A DNA stretch of 64,000 nucleotides from Lophium mytilinum. Lineage: Eukaryota. The notes beneath the pieces were generated by a model. That model was not told the DNA's origin. It saw only the letters and a list, made by a program, of their open reading frames with translations, and did no database searches. Each line of letters starts with the position of its first letter. The first letter of the stretch is position 1. The stretch is taken from assembly GCA_010093605.1 (NCBI GenBank), contig MU004192.1, positions 566,882 through 630,881 on the forward strand, written 5' to 3'. Shown piece after piece: positions 1-13,188 of the stretch. The position numbers were made by a program, and so were the translations under genes.

Positions 1-1159
1 GTCGGCGCGCTCGTTGTTATCAGGAGAAGAAGGATGGCGTGGACGTCGGCACCCTCGCCGGAAGAAGGGCCAGAGGAGGGGTGTGGCGGGTTGCTGTAAG
101 GAGGGTTGAATGAAGTGGGATTGGTTCTTTTTTTTTTGCGCACTGCTGTATATGTTGTTTGTTCTTTCTTCGCTGACCTTTGAGCAAGACGATTATCTGC
201 ACCAAGCAAGGAATTTGATTGCTATCCATGAAGAATCTGCATTCGGTCATCAGTGGAAGTGGGCTGAAAACCGGTATCTCGCGCTAAAGTCCTCGTCCGT
301 AGTCTTTCCACATCACTAACTAAACCCACCGACAAAAACATCCAATGCACACTTACATCAATCAAAAAAGTCTAGTTTAAATCTAGCAGCCATACATAAG
401 CGTATAGTCCTGGTATTCAAAACCCCCCACATCTAGACAGGCTGCAGCCGCCTTTCGGCCGACTCTCCGTCACTCATCCACCAGAAATATCGGCAGGACC
501 TCGCCCCCGATTCATCGCGGTTCATCATTCATGTCTCCCCCTGCTCTCCCGCTTCCTCTCGCGGTTCCATACAAACGATCTGCGAATAGTTACTCGCTCC
601 CACAACCCAAAAACCCGCTACATCCCTCAAGCATATAGGGAACCAAAAGCTGCCCGTCCAACCCCCCCACCCTCGTCGCCCTCACCCCTTCACCAAAACC
701 GAGGTGGTGGGCGGCGGCGGCCTCCACGCAGCCCTGATGCATTTTGGGAATTCTCCAATCTCCATCCTCCAACCCGGGAACCGATGGAATACGTGCATCC
801 AGCCATCTTCAGCATGTTTCTGATTTCCGAAAATGCGCCGGTTATGGGTTCCACCCACATGAAAAAGAAGCGAAACAAAACCAAACAAACACCGGTGTTG
901 AAAACCCCTTGAGAAACGAACACAAAAAACACCTGACCCTTTGAAAGAAAAAAACACCGTCCATGCGCCCGTGTAATGGTAGATGATTGAAGAAAACCCT
1001 CCAAAAAAAAGAAAACCCCGGGTAAGTAAAGGGTAGGTAGGTGACCTCGCAGATACAGGATCCCGGACACGATCCAACGCCGAAGAAAAAAGATGCCCAC
1101 CGCTCAGCGGACCGTTGCTAAAAACCAGCTTTTTGTAGTTTCACGTCCCCCGCCCCCCA

Positions 1160-4100
1160 TCAGCGTTGACAGAACAGCTCAATCTCGCCCAACTGCCCCG
1201 CCATGATCTGATCCCGCTGCTGCTCCTTCCACGTCTCAAACGCCGTCTGCACGTCCTCGTCCGACTGGATGCTAACATAGTCGTCCTCGTCCAGGTACTT
1301 CAGCTTGACCTGGCCCGCGCTGAGCGACACATTCGTCGACCGCTGCAGCTTCGCGTCGATACGGTCCTTCAGCGACTGGAAACTGATGTTCGTGCTCACG
1401 ACCAGCGTCATCGTGCTGCCCGCGGACGGGCAGTGCACCTTGACTTTGAGCTGCGACGGGATTTGCACGTCCTGCGACTGCGGCAGGGGCGGTGACATCG
1501 TTCGAGAATCCACAGAGGCTGGCGTCATGGTCCGGTCAAACGATGAGGCAGGTGTCATGGTCCTGGCTATTGGGACGTGCCGCGGGTCATAGCGGTTGGA
1601 GCCATTCGAAGAGTCCATCTCTGTTTGCGAACGTGGTTGCTGTGGGAAGCGTTCTCGTGCAAGATTCGGCGATTGTGTGGCGGTCCGTTGCGGCATACTA
1701 TTGGGCGAGTTGTTCTGGCTTCGGTTCACGATTCCAGGTGTATACGCGTAATGAGTCGGGAACGGTGGAACTTCCGGCACTGGAGGCTGTTGGCCATTCT
1801 GGCGTTGGCTTTGCCTGAGAGGGTTGTGAATATCAGGACTGCTCGCTGACCTCATCCTATTCTGCGCTATGACCGTGCTGTGCTGTGAGCCTGCATTCGG
1901 AGGTAATGAGGGTCGCTGCATAGCATTGGCACGGCCTCCGGGGTAGACACCTGGGGTCATGGATCCCTCCCGAGACATTTGCCGTGCCATTGCTGGAGCT
2001 GTGAAGCGGTTGCCCTCTTCCCCATGCCATGCATTGGGGGGCGCCTGTTGACGAGGGAACGGGAACATGCCGGCCGATGATGAACTTGTTCGAGACGATA
2101 TCGGGGAGTCAACAGTGGGCGAGAAGAATGATTCTGGGTGCGTTCCAGGTGTAGTGGCACCGGCGAGCTGCTGAGTTCGAAGGGTTAGCGCAGGTTGGGA
2201 GCCATAGCCCATTGGGAACCTAGGTGGAGGTACCCTCGGATCTGTCTCTGTCATTGGGGGACCGCTATCACCAGTTGTTGACCTGGACCGCAAGCTGACA
2301 CTGGAACCATTGGACCTGATGGCATAGCCTTCTTGAGTGGCTGGAGTAGCAGCGCCCTGGTCCTCGGGTTCTTCTTCGTCATCCTCTTCCTCTTCTGCGT
2401 AAGGGTTTACGAGGTCGGGCTGGTTCTGCATAAACGTGAATTCAGTCGCAGAAGCGCTTGCGTTGGTCTTGCTGCTGGTCCTAGCGTGGTCTCTCCATAC
2501 TCGCCGCTGCCCATCAACCTGAGCAGCCCACTTCTTCATAGTTTCTTCGGACTGAAACCTGATGACAAAATTCTCGATGCCAGGATCACCCTTCCAGAAG
2601 ATCTGGCAGGTGTACGAGCCTTGTACGAGGCGTCAGTCTGCGAATTACTTGAGGAAGATTGGTCTGTGCATACCTGGTTTTGATATCGAGATGGTTTCTG
2701 TAACGTTTTGCATGAAGATCCGACCTTTCAATTGCAGCTTGGCTTTCCCTCTGCCATTTGTCAACGACTTGTTCGTAATACGGTTCTTCTGCTTGTTAGG
2801 ATTTTGTTCCTTGCAGCAAAGAAGGATCATCTCGAAAAGGTATATCTTGTACTATAATCGCAGGTCAGCGCAGCTTTGGTGTTAAGAGTTGTATGACAGT
2901 ACCTCTCGTTCCTCATTTTTTGTGCTTATACTCTCGCCCTTGAGCACGGTGAAGGTTCCGTAAAGCAATAGTTCTCCAAAGCCTTCAATACGATGGCCCT
3001 TCCAGTCCTCGACAAGAGTCCTGAGCTCTTCAACCGCCTCAAGCCGCTCTTCACGGTCGATAGCTGCATTTGTCCGCTGGAGCACTGATGATGCTGCTTC
3101 TATACCGTTCGAGATATCCTGTTTCCGAGAGTCATCGAGGTCACCTTTGTCCCTCAATTCCTGTTGATGTGAGTAAGTGGAAAGAAGAGTCTGAGGTACA
3201 ACGTACCTTGAGCAGCAGGGGGTATTTGGCTAGTCGCTGGAAAGGCTTCAGAAGAAAAGATGTTAGAACAGTGCTCGACTCAACCATCTGACGCAGTTCG
3301 TCCGAACCACCCGTGTCTTTCAGTTTGACAAACTCTCGAGTAGCCGTATCCTCGCATTTCTTCTGATTTGCAATATACGGCTCATACACCTTGAAAGCGT
3401 CTTTGTACAGAACGAACAACTTTCCCCAGTTCTGTTCTTCCTCGGGCTGTGCGTTTGTTTGTTCCACTCGAATGAGGAACCGTCGTTGGAAGTCTAGCAG
3501 GGCGTTCAGATTTAGAAAGATGTCGTGAATACAATCACCAGTGACAATTCCTCGCCTCTCAACTTCCGTCTTGAAAGCCTGCAGCAGCTCAAGATGCTGC
3601 ACGTATGTTCGCTCGGTCTTGACCATCTCATCCACGATATGTTGCCGCTGGGTGCGCTTTACGCCCGGTGCGTTTGATTCATCGAACCGCTCTTCCTCCT
3701 CGCTTATCACCTTGCACTGGACCAGGATGTCGAGAACCCGGTTAACCACTTTGGCGACCTAGCAGAGTGTCAGTTTGAGCAGGACGAATGGCTTTGGGAT
3801 CCTGTGGGGAACACCTTTGGAGTAAAATTTACGAAGAAAATTTCTTCTTACCTTTACAAATCCGGTTGTGTCGTCGCCGTACAGGTCGGTAATGATGAAG
3901 CACTCAGCTGCCGGAAACTTGAACTCGTTCATGCAAGCTTGGATGAACTTGAAGGTGGCAGCTTGTGGCCGTTTCTTTTCCGGAATCCTGCCTTCGTCCA
4001 CCATCAACGGGTTTTCCGGGTTCAAGGCATTGTAGATGTCCATCAAAGGATAGCCCCTTCGGAAGGTCCGCCAGAGGATAGTAACCGGGTCTGTGTCATC

Positions 4101-4496
4101 GTCGGCATCGGCAGTCTCGTCCACCAGCCAGTGCCCGAACCCGGGAACCTTCCTCAGACGGGTCTGCAAGTTGAGGCAGATCTGGAAGAGCGAGGTATCC
4201 TTGTCGGCCCGCCGGTTGAGGACATTGTCGGAGGCCTCAATGGGACCGCCATTGTTCACGGGCGTCGCGCTCGGGAAGGGGGCGTTGAAGAGGGTCGAGG
4301 TCGAGGTGGCCGCGCTGGACTGGGTGTCGCGGGCGGTGCTGTGGGACCAGTTGGAGTACTGGCTGGCATAGCTCTGGTGGCTTTGGGTATGCATGAGGGG
4401 TGACGGGCCGCTGGCCGAGTTCAAGCGGGAGTGCGTCGTGGGCGCAGCGTGAGAGGTGTGAGCGCGCGCAAGTCCAGAATGCAGGGCGACCTCCAT
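1160..4496 (-). CDS. CDC24: Rho guanine nucleotide exchange factor Cdc24/Scd1 (CH-like, DH, PH, PB1 domains), multi-exon
   Basis: Joined ORFs 3759-4496 (CDC24 CH-like: DPVTILWRTFRRGYPL...FIITDLYGDDTTGFVKV), 3141-3749 (DH: EMVKTERTYVQHLE...LLKPFQRLAKYPLLLK), 2882-3157 and 2645-2830 (PH: VEDWKGH...LQLKGRIF) and 1160-2539 (PB1: LKVKV...LKYLDEDDYVSIQSDEDV). GT-AG introns lie between them. Confidence 0.95.
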
Positions 4497-6037
4497 CCTA
4501 GCAGTTCATCCTCCGTCGCTGTTCACGACAGAGCTGGGGACGTGGTGGCGCCCTGGGGTCCTGGGGTCCTGGACAGCGCTTCGAGGGCGGTCGGGGAGCG
4601 GGTCCGGCGCTGGCACTTGCTGGGCTGCGAGGGAGCGTGCTGGGGGGTCGCGGCGCGGGATGCGGTGAGGAGAGAGTCGCAGCAGCGGGAGTCGTTCAGG
4701 GCGTTGAAGAGGCTTGGAGAGCAGCAGTGGTGGGGATAGAGGTGGTATAGTGGAGGCTGTCGGCGATTAGGGGGACGTTTCAAATCCTCGTTCGCGCGCT
4801 AGTGTCGGCGTGGCCCCCAGAAATCCTGCCACCACTGGGTACTTGGGCTCCCTGCAGCGAAGTCACAGCTCGTGATGCAGCCGCCCAAAGAGTGCTAAGT
4901 GTGCTTGACTTCTACGGCCCTAAAGGCAGCCTCCCCGCCGCGTGATATCATCAGCTGCCCGCGCGCTCGACGCTTCGCCGGGCAGCAAGCAAGAAGCGCG
5001 GACGGCTCGCCATCCCCACAAAAACAACGTGGACGGACCCCCCCTCTCCCCCTTCTCCTCCCAAAGTAGTATCAAGGTTAAAGGCCCGGTCTCAGGGTCC
5101 CCAGCACACGCCTAGCATGACTGTTCAACCCGCGGTCGAGCGTGCGAGCTACGGCCGACGGAAAAGACGTCAAACCACGGACCGCGTCCACGGCTTCAGC
5201 GACTCCGCTGCCGAATGCCCTCATATGCCGTGGTGGCTGCAGCCTCGACGGGCGGTGGCAGTGGTTCTTTGTTTGGGCCGCACAAAAACTGGGCTGCTGC
5301 AGACGCCGCCAAGTTTCACCGCACACCGAGTCCATTGCGGCTCTGGGCGACAGCATCAGAACGGGCACACAGTCACAGCGAGAACTCCGAGAGGGAGAGT
5401 CTGATCTGCCTGGTGTTGCGCTCTGGAGCATGGGGTGACATCTTGATAATCGCTCAGGGCGGCAGATCATCGTCGCGAAGGCCTCTTCAGAGAACCTACA
5501 GTGGCAAGCGTCGTTCACTCGAAACATGCAGAAAACTCAGATATGCAGGGCGCTCGCGTGCTGCTGCTGCGAGCCTATATGCTCCGCGAGTAGATGCCTT
5601 GTTGACTATCAAGCATCCGACTAACGCGGGCTATCTTCAGCATGAAGCTTGAGCGACTCATGGGGTCTGGGTCACGTGCCGAACCATTGTTCTCCGGCAT
5701 CCGAAATTTTGAAGCTAGACAACTGCCGATAGCTACATGACGTCTGAAAGGCCTCCAGTATTTGGCTTGAACCTAGCGATCCGCAATAGAGTTTGAAACT
5801 CAATGGATGTCTTACTCTAACACAAAGGTGCCAATCATTTCAGGCATCTTTCCGAAGCAGAGGTCGGCGAGTTCGGCGCTAGTGCAGCACTACGCCGTTA
5901 GTCTAGATCTGGGCACACGATTTTATCGTACCATCCGGGGTAGATTGTTGCTGTAGTTAGGAGTACATCCGATAGGTAGGCGATGAAGATCAACCTCTAG
6001 CTGTTTCTTGCTAGCTCCGATATCTCAACATCAAGCT

Positions 6038-7111
6038 TCACATCCGGTCTGAAACTTTATATGAGCCCATAGGGACTCCCAAAGCAGTGGTAAATGAGGA
6101 TGTACAGCCTCTTGTGATCATTCTCGTCATCATCGCCTCAGCAAATAGGCTTTCCCACACCATCCTCCTTCGGCTCATACGCCGGCAGACTCCCCATCTC
6201 CTGCCTCCACCGCTCCCTCCTCGTCTCCACCGTAAGCACCACAAACAAACTAGCCGCCAGCGCTCCATGAAAGCATGGGCTTCGCGATCCGCGCTCACAA
6301 GCTGCGGAACCACCTGCTGGAAGTCCAGGTACGCGAGCCTTGCATCCAATGACCGCGGATCCGCCTGTTCGCCCGTTGGACGTCCGGTAGGGTCCAGGCC
6401 CCACGCTGGCCGCTTTGCATAGATGATACTGCGCTGCTCCGCGAGTTGCTCGAGCGTGCGCCACGACTCGTCCGCGTAAAGGAACGCAAGGGGTATCTTG
6501 GTCGTCGAGCTGTCGCTGACGTTTCGGCGGCGGTGGTAGAGGCCGTAGCAGTCGCCGATATCACCAATTGAGCTCTGATCACCGTAGCTGAGGGACTTTT
6601 GCTCGCCTTTGCTCGTGAGAACTGCGACGCATCGTACGCCAGGGACATCGAGGTTCAGCTTTGGCTGGATTTCTGCGGTGCAGGCCGGGCTGTAGACGCC
6701 TGTAACAGGATGCCGCCGTGTCACGACTAGTATGTTGAACTCGTCGGTCGAAGTCGTGCTCGGGGTGGTGTTGAGGGCATAGTATGGTGCACCTTGCGCC
6801 GGTCCGAGGGTTAGGCGTTCGGCGATAGGCTGGATGTGCGTGAGGGTGGCGCGGAAGAGGTTCAGTACAAGCATAGGATTCTCTACTGGTATGGGCCCGG
6901 CATACTCGCCCGCTGCGATGGCATGGAAGTATTCAAGGTCGCGGTTCAGAGAAGGAGTGGCATACGTGTCGCGGGTGACCAGCGCGCGAGGGGTTGGTAG
7001 GGCAGAGTTGGGGACGTAAGGAGGCGGAACGGAATTAGCAGCGAACGCGCCGGTACGTTGAGGGGCGGTGCTTGTGGGCGTGATCGTGGTTTTTGACTTG
7101 CGGATGGGCAT
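6038..7111 (-). CDS. Hypothetical protein; C-terminus uncertain (possible frameshift near 6265)
   Basis: Long ORF, probable ATG at 7111 (MPIRKSK). The overlapping frame 6138-6464 gives a more protein-like ending (ALAASLFVVLTVETRRERWRQE). No family recognised. Confidence 0.55.
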   Translation of the reverse strand: MPIRKSKTTITPTSTAPQRTGAFAANSVPPPYVPNSALPTPRALVTRDTYATPSLNRDLEYFHAIAAGEYAGPIPVENPMLVLNLFRATLTHIQPIAERLTLGPAQGAPYYALNTTPSTTSTDEFNILVVTRRHPVTGVYSPACTAEIQPKLNLDVPGVRCVAVLTSKGEQKSLSYGDQSSIGDIGDCYGLYHRRRNVSDSSTTKIPLAFLYADESWRTLEQLAEQRSIIYAKRPAWGLDPTGRPTGEQADPRSLDARLAYLDFQQVVPQLVSADREAHAFMERWRLVCLWCLRWRRGGSGGGRRWGVCRRMSRRRMVWESLFAEAMMTRMITRGCTSSFTTALGVPMGSYKVSDRM

Positions 7112-8345
7112 CTCGGAAATATGGAAGCCCCTTGGGGCACGTGTACTGTTTATAGACGCTGAATGAAAAGGGTGTGAAAGACAGGAGAGTTTTGCAGATG
7201 AAGCGTGTTGAATCAAGTTGCGAGTAATGGAAGAAGAGATTCGGGCAGACCAAGACTACGAGAAGTGAGGGGTGAGAACAGAAATCACACCAATGACGGC
7301 CAGCTAGGACGACGAGGGTGAGTGCATACCACATGGCTAGGTCGATATCTTTCCATTGGCTGATTGCTTCTGGAGAACAAAAGCCCAAGGGCGCCTCGAG
7401 AGCTTGATGGCGCAGCACTCGAAGTGTGTACCGAGAACGTCCTTCTCAGCTGAAGCCCATTTTCAATGGTGGCTTTGGTGTTGAGTCTTGATAGGGGAAC
7501 TTGAAACGAGAAATTCAAGGTTAACAATTGGCGCTAAGGGCGTATGGGAATAGCGTCATGTAGAGAGCCAACTTCATGCCACACATGCAAGCCCTCCTCT
7601 CTACGATCATCAAGGAACTATGACCTCCCACGAACATTGTTGAAGTATTGGTTGCCCAGGATCAATGAGGGTAACTGTCAAGTTTGGGGCCAGCACCGAG
7701 AAATACAGCCTCATGGAACCACGGGCATTTTCAATGTTCGCGACTCATGCAAAAGGCTCAGAGAAGCCACTTTGAGACCCAGACAAACCCCACGCAAGGC
7801 TGAGAAAGAGGCTTGCGAAACTTCGGTCTTATTGGTCTCAAATGCCCGATTCCGACAGCTTCGCGTGACCAGGATGTCGAGAGATACTTGCAGAAGTGTG
7901 CCTCGTATGGCTAACCACTCACAGGCGTCTGAGGACCCAGAACGACGCCAAAGATGCAATACAAGCGTTTAGAGGCGCATTGAATGTTGTTCTCGCCATT
8001 CACAAGAGACCACCGAGGCTCAGGGCTGAGCTTCATACTCAGCCCGACCAGTTCGCATCTATATCATAATGTCTCCTATTTCCCGCGCCTAGCAGCTCCA
8101 GCCTTACCCCTCCATGTATCGCGCTTTTTGATTCCCATACAGCAGTAATGTAGGCGAGGGAGGAGATTCCTATTAGTGCCGCTGGACCCGATGGCTACCA
8201 TGCCACTATAGATTACCCTCTTCGTGCCGCTACCGGACAGTAGATTTCCTAAAACCACTGGCACTATCCTCAAGCTTCTTTAAGCTGTGCGCACGCTCTT
8301 ACGAGTCGCCTCGGAGTGTTTTTCCTATTGTAATAGCTCAATAGC

Positions 8346-11300
8346 ATGACCTAGAAAGCTGATTGTGTTTGCAGCCGAATATGGCCGCCGAGGAGCTGAT
8401 GGGCAGTCCGCAAGCGTACCGTCTAGTGGGATGCCTGGCGGGGACATACGAGTGAGACTTAGCTATGCTCCGGAAGAGCAGAACAGCGTCCAAGTCGGAG
8501 GGGAAGGCACCCTTAACGGTCTCAGATGGGAAGTAAGACGGGATCAAAACCTCTTTCTGAATGTCAAGGGAGGTGATGGCGGTAATGGGGGCCGAGGAGA
8601 GAATGGGCAGCAAGGCGGCCAAGGTTCAAGAGGACGTGATGCCACGAAGCACTGGGATGCAACGGTCAGTACTTTAGAAGCCTCAAGTCTACGTAAGCGA
8701 ACGCAATATTTGTAGCCCGGAGGACCAGGTGCGCCTGGGGGAAAGTATGCATACATCACCTTTCTAAACCACCCGATAGACTCTTACAGATTTGCAGTGG
8801 TGGTTACGGAACCGACGGCGCCAATGGCGCGGATGCCGGGAACATGTTTATAACTGTAGCAGAAGACGATCTCGACACTTTGTCTTCAGTATTCTGGGAA
8901 CTGAACGGCGGCAAGGGTGGCCTTAGTGGTACTCATGGGCAGCCCGGTGAGGTGGAATTGGCGGCCAAGGAGGCCTTGGAGGCAGATGGTAAGCTACTGA
9001 GCTTCTTCCACATCTGACACTAACATTCTTTGCAGGGATGAACGCAACGGCGACCATACAAGAACTATAACCCGAGAAAACGCTGCTTCCGGCTCTCAAG
9101 GCCCACCTGGGATGCTTCCTGCTACCTACCTCTCGGGCGGACAAAGTGGAAGGACGGGGTCTTCCCAAGTCAGGGTGATCAAGCGAGACTTAACGGAGGC
9201 AACATGTCCCAAGCGATACATGCTAAAGGTTGTGAGCTTCGATGTAGTGGACGAGAACGAAGACACTATTAACGAACCTGGAGAGCACATCTATATTCGA
9301 AATCTTATCGTCGAAAACTTTGGTACAGTTTACCCTCTATACCGTCACGAGCTTCAAACGCTAAAAGTCGTGCAGGTGGAATGCCCTCGCCGAAATACAA
9401 CCCTATCAAGATTGCTGTTCATGGGTCGGATTGGCTTGAGCCCGTAACAGCCACGTTCCTGCCCGAAGAAATTCAAGTGGGAGCACGCGTGAAGGTTCCG
9501 GGAGAAATCAAGGCTCTGATCAAGAACGAAACGGCCAAGAGAGCACCCAGCTCGGATCTTTTCATAAATCACGAGGTTTCTCTAATCGCGTCATTTGAAC
9601 GTTTGGAAAGAGCTCTGCCTGAATTCCATGTAGGAGGCGGAGCTCCCATTCAAATCCAGTATCCGCTTCAATTGTCACCTCCAAGACATCTTGACTGCGT
9701 GGCAAAGGGAGATAACGTCAGGTTCTTATGGACAGTGAGTAGGGTTATATGCTCAATCATGCCTATACTGACAAGTGATCTAGCTGAAAAATATCTCCAC
9801 AAAGCCATATGGAGTCCAGACACAACATGGACGCTACGCAGCTACACGGCTGACTGATCCTGATAGCGTCTTCAACCTGAAATATGCTAGCGGAGAGAGT
9901 TCTGCAGACGATGTGATCGATGAGCTTCTTCCCGGCGCAGAGGTCCCCATTGACCAGGACTTGATGGTTTCCAGCTCCGCTATGGAGTACAGCGACAGTG
10001 TCCTCACGCTCGATCTAATGCTCTCCGACCCCTCGAAGGTTCAGAAAGGCACGCCATCGGTTCTTTCAGCCCGATCAGTGATGACACATTTTTTCAAAAT
10101 GCAGATCTCCGGCAAATACCAATACAATCCCAGATCAAGGTGCTTGCTGGTGGTCAACTCTGGAACGCCCAATAAGGCCATCCACCAGATCATCAAGTTC
10201 ATTCGGACAGGGCTCCAACTCGAAGTGGATATATACAACATCAGCTTGACTGGATCTTTCACCGACCCGGAGACCAGTACTGATGTGCTTAGCCGATACG
10301 AGGGCAAGAGCATCATCGTCTACGGAAGTTCTCTCCCATATTTCCGTGCGGGTAATAGAAATCCATGGGATTTTATGGATGCCTGGGAAGTGTGCCGGCT
10401 TGCAAAGGCCGGGACAAACTTCCTCTTTGCGAGTGCTGCAGACTCCAACAGCCTTCACCAGTGGGGCTCAGTATTGGCCTTCCCAACTTTAAGCACCGCT
10501 ATGCCATCAAACATCAATGCTGAAAATCTTGCAAGCTTGCTCGAAAATCTCAAACTTGGCAAACTGGCTCCGGACAATGCGCATACATACCATAAATTCA
10601 CGGTGAAGATGAATCCGGCCTTTGGCTGTTTCAGCAATCTAGAGAGTACTTTGCTGAAGAACTCGCACGCTGCTGCAAATAAACTCAACAAAACGTATCC
10701 GCTTCGTAGATTCGTGGCTAGACCGGATCTTATAACTGATAAGAGAAAGTCTTCCGGGTCTGTCATCGTCTCAGAAGGGTTGTCGAAATCCGCCAACATC
10801 CTAGTGTCAAAACTTCCACATCCTGAGCTTGAGTGGATTACAGAGTATCACATGTATACAGTTGTTTCGTGTTTACCGTTCAGCGATCAAGCACGCATTT
10901 TCTGGAACCTTGTCGGCCAGTGGGACAAGCAAGGGCTCCCATCCACGACAGTCTACAATGGACTTCCGCATCTTCTGGAATCCAGGCCTATCGACCATCC
11001 GGTGTATGCCATTAACGAAAGGGTATGACAACCTTCCGAGCTCAATTCAACCTATTGCCACGCAAAAGCTAATGTTTCAATCTTAGGTTTTCACCGCGAT
11101 CTGCATGTCGATCGAATCCAAGATTAGCACAGAAATCACCAGATACTGTGACAAACCGTCATGGCCTTCTCCAATATCCGCCACCGAAGTGCTGGCCCAT
11201 CTCCCACATCTCTCTCAACTCTTCTCAACAACGCCTCTATCTACCCTTCTATCCTCGACCGACCGCTCTGAGTTTCTCGTTAGCACGCTAGGTACGATAT

Positions 11301-12073
11301 CCGGAGCACTCCAGCCCATCGGCTTCAGTCAGGGCTGGAACAACATCTTCGGCATCAAGATTCGCAAAAAGCAGGTCCGATCCCAAGCCACCCAATCGAT
11401 GAATCTTGCCCTCAGCCGCGTCTTCGCCCCTGCCGCCCTCTCCGCCATCCAGAAATCGATCCAGGCAGCAGCCAAACGCACGAAGCAGGCTATCAAGAAG
11501 TCCAAGCAACCAGACAACAGCCTCAACCTGGTCTTACGCTCAAAGTTCGACGCCTTCACCAACACGACTGGTGCGGTGCCAGACGACTTGACAGAGGGCA
11601 CGCCAGCGAACTACACGCTCTCGAAGGGCTGGTCGAGGGACGAATTGCTGGCGCATCGGCAGACTCATGCTGGACGGCTTAACAAGATAGTTGCGGACGC
11701 GGCACACAGCAAGAGCGTTATTGCTGAGCATCTCAATCCCGAGGATGAAGATGAGGATGAAGGCGACGTTTGGCGTACTGATGTGGTAACTCCGACTCAG
11801 ACAGGAGCCGCATACCATGAGAAGGCCCAGCAGGCGTTCGTGGAACAGGCTATAGCGCAGTCCTCTACCATGCTATCGCCAACGTCGCCAGTGGAGATGC
11901 CGACCCCTTCCTTCAGCCCAGTCTCTCCGGCGACGCCAGCTGAGATGCCGAGCTATGGCCCAGATAAGATCAGCACCGTCGTCACTGTTGCGCCTGCTGA
12001 GCTTCCGGCTGCGCAGAACGAGAAGCTTGCCGCGCTGCCTGTGGTGATGGCTGTGGAGCTTCAAGCAGACTGA
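8346..12073 (+). pseudogene. Multi-exon gene with Gly-rich (GGxGGxG, collagen-like) N-terminus and a large unknown C-terminal region; apparent frameshifts
   Basis: Exons join through canonical introns (GGDGGNGGRGENGQQGGQG; PGGPGAPGG; GGYGTDGANGADAG; DVVDENEDTINEPGE, then ORFs 9381, 9913 and 11105). ATG 8346 is followed by an immediate stop and is 1 nt out of frame with the ORF. A 1-nt loss near 8950 breaks the Gly repeat. Confidence 0.6.
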
Positions 12074-12299
12074 TATAACTGGTCCGAGCGGTTCAAATGC
12101 AGAGTCTAGGGTGGGAGACCAAGTCCGTATCCTCAAATATATGGATTTTTGTACTTATGCCTACCCTTTTATGTTTCATACTCAGCTTACGCGTTTTCCC
12201 TTTCTCGAGTTGCAACAGGTCAGCATCTTGACAAGCAGCACATCCTGCCATATGACGTTCCATTCGTTCTGAATCGACTTTGAGCATGTAGCTTGATTT

Positions 12300-12780
12300 C
12301 GTAGCCAATCAAACTCGGAAATTCTGGGTTCGAGAACAACTCGAAGCACCCCCGCTACCGTTTACACCTTGATCTTGTATTCTAGAGCATGCCGGAGGTA
12401 GCTCAATAGGCTAAGTTAGTATACAGAATAATAAGTGCACTCAATACAACTACACTGTAGTGGAATTTAGATCTAAATACTTAAGGAAAAGTGCACTGGT
12501 CTCATTTACGACGTGTTGCACTTTCCATCCTATTCTTAAGATTTAGGGTAAGCTTGAGATGGCTTGACGGGGTATCACGGTGTGCAATATAGCGATAGAC
12601 TTGGTGTAATCTACACTGCGGCGGAATTTAGTTATTCAGAACCGAGTGAAAGTGCACTGCTCCGATTTATGAGCTGCTAATCTTTACATTTTTCTCCTAA
12701 GTTTTAAGATATGCTAGAGGTCGCGTAATAGTGTATCAGGGTGTACAGAACGCAATGTCCACTGGGCTAACTTACAATAT
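12300..12780. repeat. Degenerate tandem repeat, ~161-bp period, 2 clear copies plus 1 degraded copy
   Basis: TACACTG at 12451/12612, GTGCAC at 12491/12652 and GTATCA at 12572/12733 are each spaced 161 bp apart. A weaker upstream copy has ATGCCGGAGGT vs ATGCTAGAGGT and TACAGAA shared. Confidence 0.75.
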
Positions 12781-13188
12781 AAAATCTATTACATCCGATC
12801 TTAAACCTTTATATTATGCTAGAGTCCTTCTAACAGTACCATTACACCCGCAAACCATTCACGCAAATCACCTAATCACCGAGCACAGAACTTATAAAAT
12901 ATAATTTTCATTGAGTGCGCTATGCAAGCCACCTCAATGGAGCAACAAGCCTATCAAAACTGCATCCCGCAGTGGCCAATTCCTAAACACCATGCCAAAG
13001 GAAAAGGAGAAACAGAGACCCAAGAACCAGAAAAAGTAACCACGCCTAGTACACCATTTTGTACAATTCAAGACCCCACCGAGCCCAGCTAACCGCCTCA
13101 TAATGTAACGAACGCCATAACAATTCGTCCTCTCAATCGCTTCATAATGCCCCGAAAACGCCAGTCCCAAGTCATACTATTGGTACCC

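Noticed and set aside
1..113. Possible 3' end of a plus-strand gene at the window edge
   Set aside because: All three frames are open briefly, so frame and product cannot be assigned.
590..1100. Several overlapping minus-strand ORFs rich in F/G/V
   Set aside because: They arise from A/C-rich low-complexity sequence in the CDC24 3' UTR region and show no motifs or splice logic.
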